From Macrostomum lignano (Eukaryota), in assembly GCA_002269645.1 (NCBI GenBank), contig NIVC01000217.1, forward strand, positions 62,001 to 126,000: 64,000 bases of DNA, written 5' to 3'. The notes beneath the pieces were generated by a model that did no database searches, was not told the DNA's origin, and was given only the letters and a program-made list of their open reading frames with translations. Positions 11,758 to 24,734 of this stretch are shown here, in pieces. The position numbers and the translations under genes were made by a program. The number at the start of each line of letters is the position of its first letter. Position 1 is the stretch's first letter.

Positions 11758-12485
11758 TGTTTTATCCTATTAGGATCGAATTGCTTCACAATTAGGTACT
11801 AGCCTGTAGGCCTAGTGTTCATGTTCTAGATAAAATCTGCAAGTGAAAACTTGTCTACCAAATGGCAGCAAATAAGAATAAACGAAAGAAATTTTAATTT
11901 AAAAAATTTTAGGTCAGTCTTTTCTAGCTAATCTGATAGTTCTCATTAGAACAAATGTTGGATAAAGATTTTTAATTTAACTGATTGGTCTTCATCCAGA
12001 GAAAATGAACTTTTTCTTTAATATATAATATTCTTTTTTTCCAAAAGCTTATTCGGTCACACTGTTTGTATTTGTCGCTACCACTATTTAATTTTCTTAA
12101 TATCTAATTATCTACTTATTGTAGATAAGATTAATATATAATTGTAATTGATGTCATCGCTTTGCTTTATCTGGTTCTAACTGATTTGAAAAAAAAATTA
12201 AACGGTAATGAATTTATAAGGTTGTGGTTAAGATTAAAGAAAAGATTAAATGAGCAACCTGTCAGAACCATTTTAGTGCCTAAATATTAAGGCTTAATGC
12301 AGTTCGAAATCGAAATGAAACTTTTTTCTTTTTATGAAGAACTAGTACACACAGTTACGCACATAGGGTCAGTGGGCAGTGGGGCATACATTCTTGTAAT
12401 TTATATTAGTCTAGTCGAATATGCAGCTATATCTAAATTCACTGAATCCACTATAAATTCTAGTTGTCACTCTGTGGTATTAACT

Positions 12486-12741
12486 AAATTTGTATTGTGA
12501 TAGCTTATTTAATTCTATAGTTTTAGACTAAAATAATAAAACTATATTAAACTTTGAATATTACTTGAATATTAAATTTCAAGAACTATATTTAAAACTA
12601 ATATTAAACTTAAATTTTATATTACTTTGAATATTAAACTTTGAAACTATATTAAACTTTATACTTTGAATAATTTGGAAAGAATGTCTATAGTTTTAGA
12701 CTAAAACTATAGAATTAAATAAGCTATCACAATACAAATTT
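12486..12741. repeat. foldback/MITE-like structure with 41-bp inverted repeats
   Basis: aaatttgtattgtgatagcttatttaattctatagttttag (12486-12526) is the reverse complement of 12701-12741. The interior has aaactatattaaacttt direct subrepeats. Confidence 0.75.
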
Positions 12742-13918
12742 TGTTTGGATTTTATTGTTTTGATTAAGCAAACATGGAAGAAACCATTCTGCCAATTTGG
12801 TATATATATAACTGCAATTACTACTGCATATATTGCATTTCATTTTGTAAATTAAACTGATATAAAATCAAGTACAAGTTTCAGTTACCGGAATTTACCC
12901 AATTCCGGTAAATTAATGCCTTTCTGTACTTTGATGCCTGTAATCTGGTGCTCATCTTTAATTTGAAGACAGAAGCTAAAAATTCCTATATCTTTTGAAT
13001 AAAATGCAACTATGATCTTAAATTACAGTAGGTGATAGATCTATAGCAGTAGGCACGATCAAAGGGGTTTTCAAAAATCTGTAATTTGAAGCCTTTCTGT
13101 GATCTAATGTGCACCTGTAATTTTATGCTAAACTCCTGTAACCCTGCGCCAATCTGTAACGATTTGGAAAGTATGGGCCATTCAGGCATATATACTTAGT
13201 AAAACAGCTTTCTACTTTCAGTTCAAAGTTTAGAAGCCCAAGCTTGCAAGCATAAACAACTTGCTAATTGGTTAAGCAATAATGTACATTAGCCAGTCCA
13301 CTGAATGTACATGGCAGCTTTAGACTGGAATTCCGAGAAAGGCAATAAAAATTGGGGTAGGGCAGGTCAGGGGTTGAGTGGAAAAGGGCAGTTGGAGGTT
13401 TAAATGGGGGGTAAGAGCCAATAAATGAGCTTTGGCTTTAAAAAAAATCATTAAAATGCTTCCGCTTAACTTACTACTGAATTGAAAGTAGCTTACACGC
13501 AAATGTGCTGAGTGGCCCATCTGGTTATTCTAGTACCTGTGATTATATAGGAAGAGACCTACTATTTTTAGCATGTACCATGCCTAACTATTAAACACAT
13601 TTAAGTGTATATTATACTAATTATAATTTAGTTGCCATGCAAATAAGCAGAACATTAATGGCATGATGCTATGTGGATATTGTTATTATTATTAGCAGAA
13701 GACTATGGGAATAATTGTGCTGACTTAATAGAAAGATTTCTTGGTAATTAAGTAATGAAACAAATTTCTTTGCACGATTTGGCAACACTAGTGAAATATA
13801 TGGAAGCTCTATAATAGTAGTTATAAGCTTAGTAAGCTCAATAGCAAGAACCACCTTATTTTACCATTATATTAAAATATTTAAAACAAGTTTCATCATT
13901 TTATCATTCCTATACCAG

Positions 13919-14669
13919 TTGAAGTGCCGCGCAGCTTCTACCTGTTGGAAGAACTGGACGAAGGTCAGAAAGGCACTCAAGATGGCACAATAAGCTGGGG
14001 CCTTGAGAATGACAATGACCAGACTCTTACTAATTGGATTGGCATGATTCTGGGCCCACCAAAGACGCCATATGACAATCGAATGTACAATTTGCACATC
14101 ACTTGCGGTCCCAACTACCCTGAACAGGTGAGAGGCGCCTGTTTCTTTATTGGTGTACTTTATGGATTATAGCTCGGGCTGGTTTAAGTTTAGAAACTTA
14201 TGTTAATCGTTCCGGAATTTTTTAAGTTAGTTTTGAAGTAATTCAGGGTTCGAATATCAGTACTCAGATAATTCAGAATTCGAATATCAGTACTCAGGTC
14301 ATTCAGAATTCGAATATCAGTACTCAGGTCATTCAGAATTCGAATATCAGTACTCAGGTCATTCAGAGTTCGAATATCAGTATTTAGGTAGTTCAGAGTT
14401 CGAGAGAAAAGTGCGCCAAAATTCACATAGCCATATACCGTTCCCATCCAACCACCCCTGACCAGCCTCCAACCGTGCGCTTCATCAGTCGCATCAAGAT
14501 GAACGGTGTACACGAGACTACAGGGCTGGTGGACGGCAGGAAGCTGCCCAGTCTGGCTCAATGGCGCAGGGGCTACCACATCAAGACTGTGCTGCAAGAG
14601 CTGAGACGCCAGATGACCGCTAGAGAGAATGCCAAGCTGTCCCAGCCGCCCGAAGGCTCTTCGTTCTAA
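13919..14669 (+). CDS. UBE2V: ubiquitin-conjugating enzyme E2 variant (UEV1/Mms2); first coding exon not located
   Basis: Exons 13919-14127 and 14466-14669 (GT-AG) give [60 protein letters not shown]|PPTVRF...[10 protein letters not shown], the hallmark UEV sequence. Confidence 0.93.
14230..14405. repeat. 30-bp intronic minisatellite
   Basis: ttcagaattcgaatatcagtactcaggtca x~5.5 inside the UBE2V intron. Confidence 0.9.
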
Positions 14670-14869
14670 TACTAAAATACTACTTTAAAGTAATGCTTAA
14701 TTATATAATTCAAAATTGGTCCGTTCGTTCTGATGTCGACTTGCTTCGTATAAATATGAATATGATTTTTTTTATAGTTTTGGAAAATACCACAGCTAAT
14801 TTTGTTTTAGCAACCGGGTGTTTCTTGTGTTGGTTAGGTAATCCATTTCTGGGAAGCGCCAGTTCTCTT

Positions 14870-15290
14870 TAGTCAAATCTAGGGGAATCCCAGTTCCCTG
14901 AGTCGTATCTAGGGAAATCCCAGTTCCCCTGAGTCGTATCTTGGGAAATCCCTGTTCCTCTAAATCGCATCTGGGGGAATCCCAGTTCCTCGGAGTCGTA
15001 TCTAGGGGAATCCCAGTTCCTCTGAATCGTATCTAGGGAACTCCCAGTTCCCCTGAGTCGTATCTAGGGAAATCCCAGTTCCCCTGAGTCGTATCTAGGG
15101 AAATCCCTGTTCCTCTAAATCGTATCTAGGCGAATCCCAGTTCCTCGGAGCCGTATCTAGGGAAATCCCTGTTCCTATGAGTCGTATCTAGGGGAATCCT
15201 AGATCCTCTGTTTCGTATCTAGGGGAATCCCACTTCCTCTAATTCATATCTAGGGGAATCCCAGTTCCTCGGAGTCGGATCTAAAGAAAT
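14870..15290. repeat. ~31-bp minisatellite
   Basis: gtcgtatctaggggaatcccagttcctctga-type unit x~13, diverged. Confidence 0.9.
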
Positions 15291-16224
15291 CGCATTACCT
15301 AATGGTCGCATCAAATGAACTCACTTTTTTATTAGCGTCAGTCCAATATCTCCCCGTTGCTATGCTGTTTGTTAAACGTTATCCTAGAGATGTATAATAA
15401 CACAAGTATGCCCGTGAACTTGTTGCTGGGGATAATTCCGTGTGAATGAAAAATTTATAAATAGAAAATGAAGTGTGTTGATAACCCATGTTTGAGGAAG
15501 ATAGATGCGCTTGATATCAATGTAGTATCGGCTGAACTAATTAATTCTGTTTAATTGGCGCGCAAGACAAAATTATTAATGCTAAATAATTCACAAATTC
15601 ACAAATCAATTTTTGTTGTTCTCTTATTATAACTAGTTCCACTTAAGTAGTACCTTATATTATTGCTATCGTTAAATTAATATTTTTTATTTTTTATCCC
15701 AAGTTTTTCTTTTGTCTCCCCTCCCCTCTGCTACAGTCGTAACCAGTTAATAGCAAAGATTAGTAAATAATAATTCAGTATATGTTTGTTCGTAAAATGT
15801 AATATATACTTTGTAGAAATGTACTTTAATATTTTATAGTATAAGTATGCAAATTTCCATTGTAATGGTTTTTTTTTCAATTTTTTTCTATTGTAGGCAC
15901 CTTTCTTATTTGTACTTTATAAACTAATTAAGTTATTAAGTTATTAAATATATTAAACAATTGTGTTCGATGCTATGGCCGTTTCTAGATGACTGATCTA
16001 ATGAAGCTTGCTTAAAATATTAAATGTGCGGGCTATTTAATACGAGTAAGAGTGACAGAAAGATTCAAACAGCAAATAAACCAACACGATGCTAAATATA
16101 GGGAGTCTATAAACTCTTATTGTGTGTTCATTGTTATATTTTTGCTTGCTTTCTCACAAAGCTCAATAAAAATCCTGTTTGTGCTTTTTCAATCTACTTT
16201 ATTTGTTTTTTAGCTGCTCAATCC

Positions 16225-16800
16225 CCAACTGCCCCACCCTCCTCGACTACCCCACTCCCCACTACCCCACTCCCCACTGCTCCACTCTCCCCCTCTACCC
16301 CACTCCCCCACTACCCCACTCCCCACTGCTCCACTCCCCCACTGCCCCACTCTCCCCCACTACCCCACTCTCCCCAATCCCCCACTGCCCCACTCTCCCC
16401 CACTACTCCACTACCCCACTCCCCCACTACCCCACTCCCCCACTACCCCACTCCCCCACTGCTCCACTCCCCACTGCCCCACTCTCCCCTCTACCCCACT
16501 CTCCCCCAATCCCCCACTGCCCCACCCTCCTCCACTACCCCACTCCCCCACTCCCCCACTGCCCCACTCTCCCCCACTGCCCCACTGCCCCATTCTCCCC
16601 ACTACCCCACTCCTACTGCCCCACCCTCCCCCATTGCCCCACTCCCACTGCCCCACTCTCCCCCACTGACCCACTCTCCCCTACTGACCCACTCCACCAC
16701 TCTCCCACACTCCCCCACTGACCCGCTCTCCCCCACTCTCCCCCACTCTTCCCCACTGCCCTACTACCCCACTCCCCCCCCTGCCGCACTTCAATTGATC
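16225..16800. repeat. C-rich low-complexity repeat (ccccact variants)
   Basis: Degenerate CCCCACT/CCCCACTA/CCCCACTG units. The opposite strand is G-tract rich. Confidence 0.9.
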
Positions 16801-18399
16801 CACTCTTTCCCACTAACCCATTCGCCTCCACTGAACATTGATCCGCTTGCTCCACTGTCCCAATCTCGCCCACTGCCTTACTCTACCGCACTGCAATGGC
16901 GCTTAAATAGTGGTAAAAATTGTATGCCTTAAGCATACAAGCGTACATGCATTAAAGTGCTTACTGTACAATATTATACGTGCAAGCGCACACCAGCCTA
17001 CTTGTAGTAGTAGAACTGTGGCACAGTTATGCGTGACAACCATAGTATTGTTTCAGTCGCTTCCAATCACCGAACAGTCTAACCCAGTGGGTGACGAGCA
17101 CCAAGTACTGAGAGCTGTGCAGATTTTAGTAATCTTATTAATCTTCACAGGAAAAATTATTTTTGAAAGTTTTGATTTGAGTTTTCTAGGAAAGAAAATC
17201 GATAAGTTACTTTTAAAGTTTCAAAGCGTTGATTATTCCTTGTGTAAAACTCGTCTAAACTGAATTATAAACGAGTACCAGATCACGAAAAAAACACTGA
17301 GTATCCCGAGTATCGAGTACTCGCCCGACAACCTCCGAACACTGCTTCAGTTCCTGGGTACTTAACCTGAGATAATAGATGTAGAAATCCTCACATGAGA
17401 TCGGATTCGACTTTGCATGTACTGTATTTTCGTTTAGTCAACTCCAGCAACGTCTACAAACTTCACCTGTGCAAATGAGCTACTGTATGCATTAGATCTT
17501 ACATGTACATGTTAACTTACAGCTTTAGTTTCAGTAATATCGATGTAATTGTGCGTACTTTTTAATCGATTTATTGCTTTCTCTTACAAGTAGAAACCAA
17601 GTGTAATAAATAAGCGCCTACCTACTTAATTGGTGCTGTACTGATTAAGCACACCGATGACTAATTAAAAAAGTCGATAGACAATAAAAACTGGTCGGTT
17701 CCAAATTTCCTATCTTATCATTTGAAATTGTTCAATTTACTGCTATTATTATGTTTATGTACGGTGATACGGCCAATTATTTGATTCACTAACATTGTAC
17801 TATGCATGCGTTTTATCAAAATGATTTCAACACTGGCCAACACTAAAGTATTTAACTAATCTCATGATGCACGAATGAAAATATAAGGTCAATGAACACA
17901 ATGAATGAAGGCAACAAAAAAGCAATGTAGGAACTATTTTTACAATTTACAATCACGGAGCTATTCATTTTATATATATCATAAATGCACGAAAGTCGAA
18001 ACTATAAAGAGAGACCTTTCAATAAAGTACTCACTGCTCCTTTACCTCCACCATGGCAGGCTCCAGGTTTACAGAACAGAATTACATGTAAATAAATTAA
18101 AACGGGGATTCGTGCAGATGGTCACTCTCAGCATGAGTGCAGTTGGAGGAGTTGAATCTCATCTTTATACAAATATCAGAGTGCCGGAGCTTTGATCCAG
18201 CGCGTCTGATAATTATTAATTTAAGCTTGACGAGATACAACTCTCTCCACTGAACTTGCAAGATGGTTTTCGTTTGATTCGACTTAATCGCTTCGCCCTG
18301 CTTCAATGAAGATCTTTTCTATCTATAGATAGTTATAAGCTGTTTCTGCTGCTGCAGTTGCCGCTCTGTTAACGAAATCGAAACTAGTTAAAAAGCCAT

Positions 18400-19723
18400 G
18401 AGATCGTACCTGTTGTGGCCATAGACAATCAAAGTCTGCGAGCTGGAGCTGCCGTCTGCTGGGGCCATAGACAAAATAAAGAGATTAAGAGAGCCCTAGT
18501 ATGTTCAGCTAGCCTGAAAAAATCGATACAAGGGAAGGGGAACTTGCGTTTGTTGTTTGTAAATGTAAAGCTAGCAAGAAGTCCAGACAGGGCTTACGAA
18601 AACTCTGAAATGTCTGAGAGGGGGAGCGGCACCAACAAGCAAGACGAAGAACGAGCGGGAGTGGCGCCCGCTGATTTTATGAACAGTCTGGCGGAGGGAG
18701 GGGGGTTGGGCAGGGGTGGGTTAGGGGACCAATGTTGGCCCGTGGCCTGTGCGCGGGCCATGCTGGGGTTTGAGGGGTCGGGACTCCTGATAAGATAAGA
18801 CGGGGTTTGACATAAGTGAGCCACCCCTGACTTTGGGAAGAGTTCCTCCGGCTAGAGTCATGCCTTCCTTTTTTAACGTGGGCCCGTATTTATTCACTGT
18901 GCGTGCAGAAGGGAGCCCTAAAACCCCCAGTCTCAATTCAGGCCCTCTCAGCTATTTGCCTTATTCCCAGTCTCGTATTTTAATTTATTTCGATGAAATT
19001 CAAAATAGAAGCCGCTGCACTCGGGTTCCGGGTCGGCCCTGGCGTCGCCTCTGCTCTCTCGGAGCACAAAATCTTAACTCTCAAATCCTCATCTCAATCC
19101 CAAATTCCCAATGCTAAAATCTACGTACATGTTTAGTTGCTTTCTCTAATCTGAGAGTCAGTCTAGTCTAGTCTAACAGCAAGTCATCAAAGGATTCTAA
19201 GCTCTAGTTTGACCATCGACTATTTACAATACAATATACATGCAAATAAGCTTCAATAATGACAATGGGATATAAAATACTTGACTGACCTGTGAATCAC
19301 CGTCAGTGCTTCTTGCCTATTTGCTTCTTCAAGTTTCTACCTGCTTTTGGGATGGTCTCTCGATCCTCTTGAGCAGCCAACCAAATCTTTCCGTTCTCAT
19401 GCTGATAATAGATAAGTGATAACGGAGGGGTCTATGTGTTATCGTTTAACTACCGGTATACTCGTAGTTTTCCAAGGCGTTTCCATCTCATCCTATCTTA
19501 TGTTTGCTGATAGCTGATACCTGTATTTGCTTTTGCAGCAGGAGTTTCTGTTCAATCAGGACTCCACAGCGCATGCAGCCGATCCTGAAAAATTAATAAT
19601 CGACTTAAAAACAAAACAAGAGGCTACAGAGTTTTAGAACCCTCGAAGACTCGAACTCCGAATTGTGGCCGTGGGACAGGGGCAGTTAAAGACATGTGGG
19701 CCAACTTGATATCAAATTGATAA
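18400..19723 (-). mobile_element. possible LTR-retrotransposon remnant (LTR plus leader)
   Basis: The minus strand begins TGTTATCAATTTGATATC at 19723. A PBS-like tt(t)gtgctccgagag lies near 19065, followed by a GC-rich leader-like stretch. No second LTR or recognisable gag motif. Confidence 0.25.
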
Positions 19724-20074
19724 CAGATAACAGATAAAATGCATTGTGCTGTGCATAGGCTCTGTTCTAGAGTTACTGTTTCTGTTTGCATCTCCTATTC
19801 TTCCGATAATAAATTTTACTCGTAGCTTATCTAAACCCAAAATTCAATTCCGAATTCGAGTTTATCTAAGCTCTCGATTCTTAAGTCTCTGGCTTTTGAA
19901 ATCTAACTGTTGTTCAGTACTTCAGATCGTTTCCTCTTTGACTTACTTCATTTGGATGAAATGTTGCGCATTAAGGCAGAAGAATGGCGATGGTGATGCT
20001 ACAAGTTGTGCGAAATTCCAAGTGTGCATGCAGCATAATCAAAATTCTTTTTAAGGCTCTGCTTCGGCGGCCAG

Positions 20075-20400
20075 AGATCCCATCTCCAGTATAGCTCCCT
20101 TCGATCTGGTCTCCTATTTCTAGTTTGGTGCCCTTCTGGTCTCCTATTTCTAGTTTGGCGCCCTTCATGGTCTCCTATTTCTAGTTTGGTGCCCTTCTGG
20201 TCTTCTATTTATAGTTTGCATGGCGCCTTCTGATCTCCTATTTCCAGCTTGGCGCCCTCCTGGTCTCCTATTTTCTGCGCCCTTCTGAGCTCCTACATGT
20301 ATTTCTATTTTAGCGCCCTCCTGGGCTTCTATCTCCAATTTAGCGCCCTTCTGCATGGTCTCCTATCTACAGTTTGGCGTCCTTCTGGTCTCTTGCGCCA
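20075..20400. repeat. 30-bp minisatellite
   Basis: ctggtctcctatttctagtttggtgccctt-type unit, period 30, diverged. Confidence 0.85.
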
Positions 20401-20978
20401 TAATCCTAAATTCGCGCCGTTCTGTTGCAATCTTTCGAAACATGGCGCTATACCTTACCTTCATAATTTGAAAATCGATCACTTGAAAATAATTTTGTCT
20501 ATTCTCAATTATGTTTCAGCTTTTTTATTCTTAGAAAGATATTTTAATTAAATAACTATTAAGGTTAGGTTATAATTGGCGATGGGAGACCAGTTTCCCT
20601 ATAGGCTGGCTCTTAAGCTTATTTATGTATTTGTTCTTTTGGAGATTCCAATTAACTCCTTTTTTCTGCACTCTGCGGGAAGGACACGATGCTCTTTTAT
20701 ATGACTCTCTTTGTAAGCCCAAACAAAGCGAAATTTTGATTGCAGTCAGAGAAAGACGGATGCATTTTTAAGCCTTAAGACAGCTTAAGGCAGTTTTCGT
20801 CATAGAATAATTGTTCTTTTTTCTCGACTCCGTTTCTCCGTTTCCTTTCCTCTCTATCCTCTCTTAACCGTGCGCATCACTCAGTGGAGCTAGATCGATC
20901 GATAGGACCTCCGTTTCTCTGGCTTTGCCCCCTCCTCTTATTGATTCCCACGACACAGCTATTCAATTTAATTCTACG

Positions 20979-21821
20979 ATGCAACAAAATCGAAATCAAT
21001 CCGCTGCTAAAGTCGGTCAGAAGCCGAAAAAAGTCAACGGGCGAAGGCAACTAAAGCAGAATAGGCGACAGACTTCTTCCGCCGCCGAGCTGTCTAATGC
21101 TGCCTTGACGTCGGGCTCCGCTAACTGCAAAAGACGCAGGCTGCATGCTCTGCTGCCAAAGCTGACGCTAGCATGCGAAGAAGCTTCGACTAACGAATAT
21201 CTGCAAGGATCAGAAACCAAAGATTCGGCTGTCCAGTTGAATCCCAGGAAGAAGCCAGCTAAGACCTACCTCACCAAGCCGTTGCGACTCTACCAGCTGG
21301 TTGCATCATCTAAAGCTGTTGAGAAGCCTGCGGGTTCTCGATTGAGCACCGAGCTGCCACAGCAGCAGCAGCCGGTGCAGCAGCGCAGCATCCGGTCGCC
21401 GCGCAAGATTCCGGTGCCGTGGCATCGCTTTGAAGCTCTCGACTTTGACGGCAAACCGGTGCCGACACTAGGCCGCCTCCGCCTGATTGAAACAGACCAG
21501 GACGAGAGCAGGATGCGCTGGCAGCACCTGTGCCTGGTTTGCCAGCGTCAATTCCAATCTCCCAGCCAGCTGTTCACCCACCTGGAGGTTCACTGCCAGA
21601 CTCTTCACCGAGCCTCCAGGTACTTGCTCGGCTGTCAGATTCGCTGCTGCCTGTGCCTGGAGCTGCTGTCCACGTGGAAGCGGTTCCGCACTCACATGCA
21701 GCGCCACGTGGGCTACCAGCCGTTCCGGTGCAAGGACTGCGCCGAGACCTTCAGCACCAACGGCAACCTCAAGCGGCACATCGGCAGAAAGCACAGCGGG
21801 CTTGAGCACTGCTCAGATTGA
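20979..21821 (+). CDS. C2H2 zinc-finger protein (3 C-terminal fingers)
   Basis: CLVC..HLEVH, CCLC..HMQRH and CKDC..HIGRKH, with a TGEKP-like linker (VGYQPFRC). An AATAAA follows at ~21894. The start codon is uncertain. Confidence 0.85.
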   Translation: MQQNRNQSAAKVGQKPKKVNGRRQLKQNRRQTSSAAELSNAALTSGSANCKRRRLHALLPKLTLACEEASTNEYLQGSETKDSAVQLNPRKKPAKTYLTKPLRLYQLVASSKAVEKPAGSRLSTELPQQQQPVQQRSIRSPRKIPVPWHRFEALDFDGKPVPTLGRLRLIETDQDESRMRWQHLCLVCQRQFQSPSQLFTHLEVHCQTLHRASRYLLGCQIRCCLCLELLSTWKRFRTHMQRHVGYQPFRCKDCAETFSTNGNLKRHIGRKHSGLEHCSD

Positions 21822-22109
21822 ATGATTGATTAATAACTGATTGAATATCGAAGAAACTGGAAACTACTGATAATTGTTTCTCTGTTCATCTAAATAAAAG
21901 CCGTTTGAAAATACACGTAAAGCCCAGTTTTTTAGAAATTTGTTTGACTGAAGTTGCAGCGAAAATACATGTACATGCCATATAGCTATTCAATTTATGC
22001 AAGTAACAGTTCTTAGAAGGGCGACTTGACGAGTTACACTTGAAAGTAACAGACTGGTTCTTCTATTCTAATAACCGACGATGGGCCCTATTGTGTGCAT
22101 GATTATAGT

Positions 22110-23435
22110 GTGTTCCAATGTGTCTAACAGCTGGCTGTTCCATCAGTGTGTCTAACAGCTGGCTGTTCCATCAGTGTGTCTAACAGCTGACTGTTCCACC
22201 AGTGTGTCTATATAACAGTTGGCTGTTCCATCAGTGTGTCTAACAGCCGGCTGTTCCATCAGTGTGTCTAACAGCTGGCTGTTCCATCAGTGTGTCTAAC
22301 AGCTGGCTGTTCTATCAGAGTGTCTACAGTTGGCTGTTCCATCAGTGTGTCTAACAGCTGGCTGTTCCATCAGTGTGTCTAACAGCTGGCTGTTCCAACA
22401 GTGTGTCTAACAGCTGGCTGTTCCATCAGTATTTCTAACAGCTGACTGTTCTATCAGTGTGTCTAACAGCCGGCTGTTCTATCAGTGTGTCTAACAGCTG
22501 ACTGTTCCATCAGTGTGTCTAACAGCTGGCTGTTCCATCAGAGAGTCTAACAGCTGGCTGTTCCATCAGAGTGTCTAACAGCTGGCTGTTTCATCAGTGT
22601 GTCTAACAGCTGGCTGTTCCATCAGTGTGTCTAACAGCTGGCTGTTCCATCAGAGTGTCTAACAGCTGGCTGTTCCATCAGTGTGTCTAACAGCTGGCTG
22701 TTCCATCAGAGTGTCTAACAGCTGGCTGTTCCATCAGTGTGTCTAACAGCTGACTGTTCCATCAGTGTGTCTAACAGCTCACTGTTCCATCAGTGTGTCT
22801 AACAGCTCACTGTTCCATCAGTGTGTCTAACAGCTCACTGTTCCATCAGTGTGTCTAACAGCTGGCTGTTCCATCGATCGGTGTGTCTAACAGCTGGCTG
22901 TTCCATCGATCGGTGTGTCTAACAGCTGGCTGTTCCATCAGAGTGTCTAACAGCTGGCTGTTCCATCAGTGTGTCTAACAGCTGGCTGTTCCATCAGAGT
23001 GTCTAACAGCTGGCTGTTCCATCAGAGTGTCTAACAGCTGGCTGTTTCATCAGTGTGTCTAACAGCTGGCTGTTCCATCAGTGTGTCTAACAGCTGGCTG
23101 TTCCATCAGAGTGTCTAACAGCTGGCTGTTCCATCAGTGTGTCTAACAGCTGGCTGTTCCATCAGAGTGTCTAACAGCTGGCTGTTCCATCAGAGTATCT
23201 AACAGCTGGCTGTTCCATCAGAGTGTCTAACAGCTGGCTGTTCCATCAGTGTGTCTAACAGCTGGCTGTTCCATCAGTGTGTCTAACAGCTGACTGTTCA
23301 TCAGTGTGTCTAACAGCTGGCTGTTCTATCAGTGTGTCTAACAGCTGGCTGTTCCATCAGAGTGTCTAACAGCTGGCTGTTCCATCAGTGTGTCTAACAG
23401 CTGGCTGTTCCATCAGTGGCTGTTCCATCAGTGTG
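22110..23435. repeat. 28-bp minisatellite, ~47 copies
   Basis: catcagtgtgtctaacagctggctgttc, highly homogeneous. Confidence 0.97.
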
Positions 23436-23859
23436 ATACTTGAGCACCTGTATTTCTATACTTGAGCACCTGTATTTCTCTTTCATAGAAAACATTCAAC
23501 ATAGACCAACTCCTTTTGCAGTGCCAAATCATCAGGCTAAAGTGTCGAGCATCTTTGGAAACTGCGGCTTTGAGAACTATGCATGTTTCACTTTGGGTGA
23601 CAAATTGATTTTTACATTGTCAAATTTCGACTACAAACTGATAAACTGCACTAGCTGTGACATTTATTATTAACTCTTTTCGCGTAGCTGGTACTTTAGT
23701 TTTAATGATTTTTCCTTTTTGTTCATTTACTTCTTGTTGTTCTGCATTTATTAACAAAAATACTGAGCGATGGATTTTTTCAATCCAAATGTCTATGGTA
23801 CACATCAAAACTGTGGAATAATGGCCAAAAGATTTTTTCATTGCGTCTGGGTAAAAGTA

Positions 23860-24734
23860 TAGCATTTTGCAGTCAAGTTTGAACTGCGGGCATTCAAATT
23901 AGACAAGAAGGGAAGAGCCAAATTTCAGAATCCGTCCCCAAGTCAAGCAGAACTTTATGTCTGTGGCACAAACTGAAACACACTGACGGGCACTCAATTT
24001 AGACAACGGGCATTCAAATTAGACAAGCAGCGGAAAGTCTATGTGTGCCAGAGAGAAAGACCATGGACAATCCACGACGGATTGCAAATCCCGGAGGAGT
24101 GGGTTGGTCGAATTGAACTGAAGATCTTACCACCTTACTCTCCTTTCCTGAACCCAGTTGAACTGGCTCACAGTGCCTTTAAATCAGCAGTCAAGAGGCA
24201 GCTGTCCAATCCTGAAGTTCAGAGAGAATTGGCTGTTTCGCCTCCTGACATGACTGCCGTTCAATGGAGACTGATGGTGCTGCAGAGGTGCGGGGAAATC
24301 GCGATGGATGACGTGACTCCACTGAAGTGCGTTCACTGGTATCAGCACACGCTCCGCTTCATCCCACGCTGTCTGGCAAATGAAGACATCGTTTGAACTC
24401 TCTATCAGATGAGACTCTTGTGAGACTCTTGTTCATTGATGTGCTGAGCACCCTGTTTTGTTTGTTCACACATGCTTACTTTGTTATAACTTGTTCTTAG
24501 GTATCTTCATAGTTCAGGGTTCACAGAATGGTTGTCTGACAACAGACGCAACACGATCTTGAATTGCCCAGCCAATGCGCCTGAGAACTTGTCTAATTTG
24601 AATGCCCCTTGTCTAAATTGAGTGCCCACCAGTGTGATTTTGTCTAGGCCATAGATAGCATTTGTGCCAGCAGTGAGATCTGGTCAAGCGTCTAATTTGA
24701 ATGCCCGCAGTTCAAACTTGACTGCAAAATGCTA
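23860..24734 (+). mobile_element. internally deleted Tc1/IS630-like transposon (IR/DR type)
   Basis: 45-bp perfect TIRs (tagcattttgcagtcaagtttgaactgcgggcattcaaattagac), TA flanks, and a C-terminal transposase remnant ILPPYSPFLNPVELAHSAFK (24043-24396). Confidence 0.88.

Noticed and set aside
2229-12911. The palindromes at 2229 and 12885 as a matched pair of YR element ends
   Set aside because: They share no arm or spacer sequence, so they are reported only as separate candidates.
14190-14597. 135-aa minus-strand ORF
   Set aside because: It is antisense to UBE2V and runs through an intronic minisatellite.
16120-16932. Pro/His-rich 270-aa (extensin-like) ORF
   Set aside because: An artefact of stop-free C-rich low-complexity DNA. 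Several frames are open.
22110-23435. 28-bp repeat array as a CRISPR
   Set aside because: Head-to-tail repeats with no spacers and no cas genes, in a eukaryotic context.
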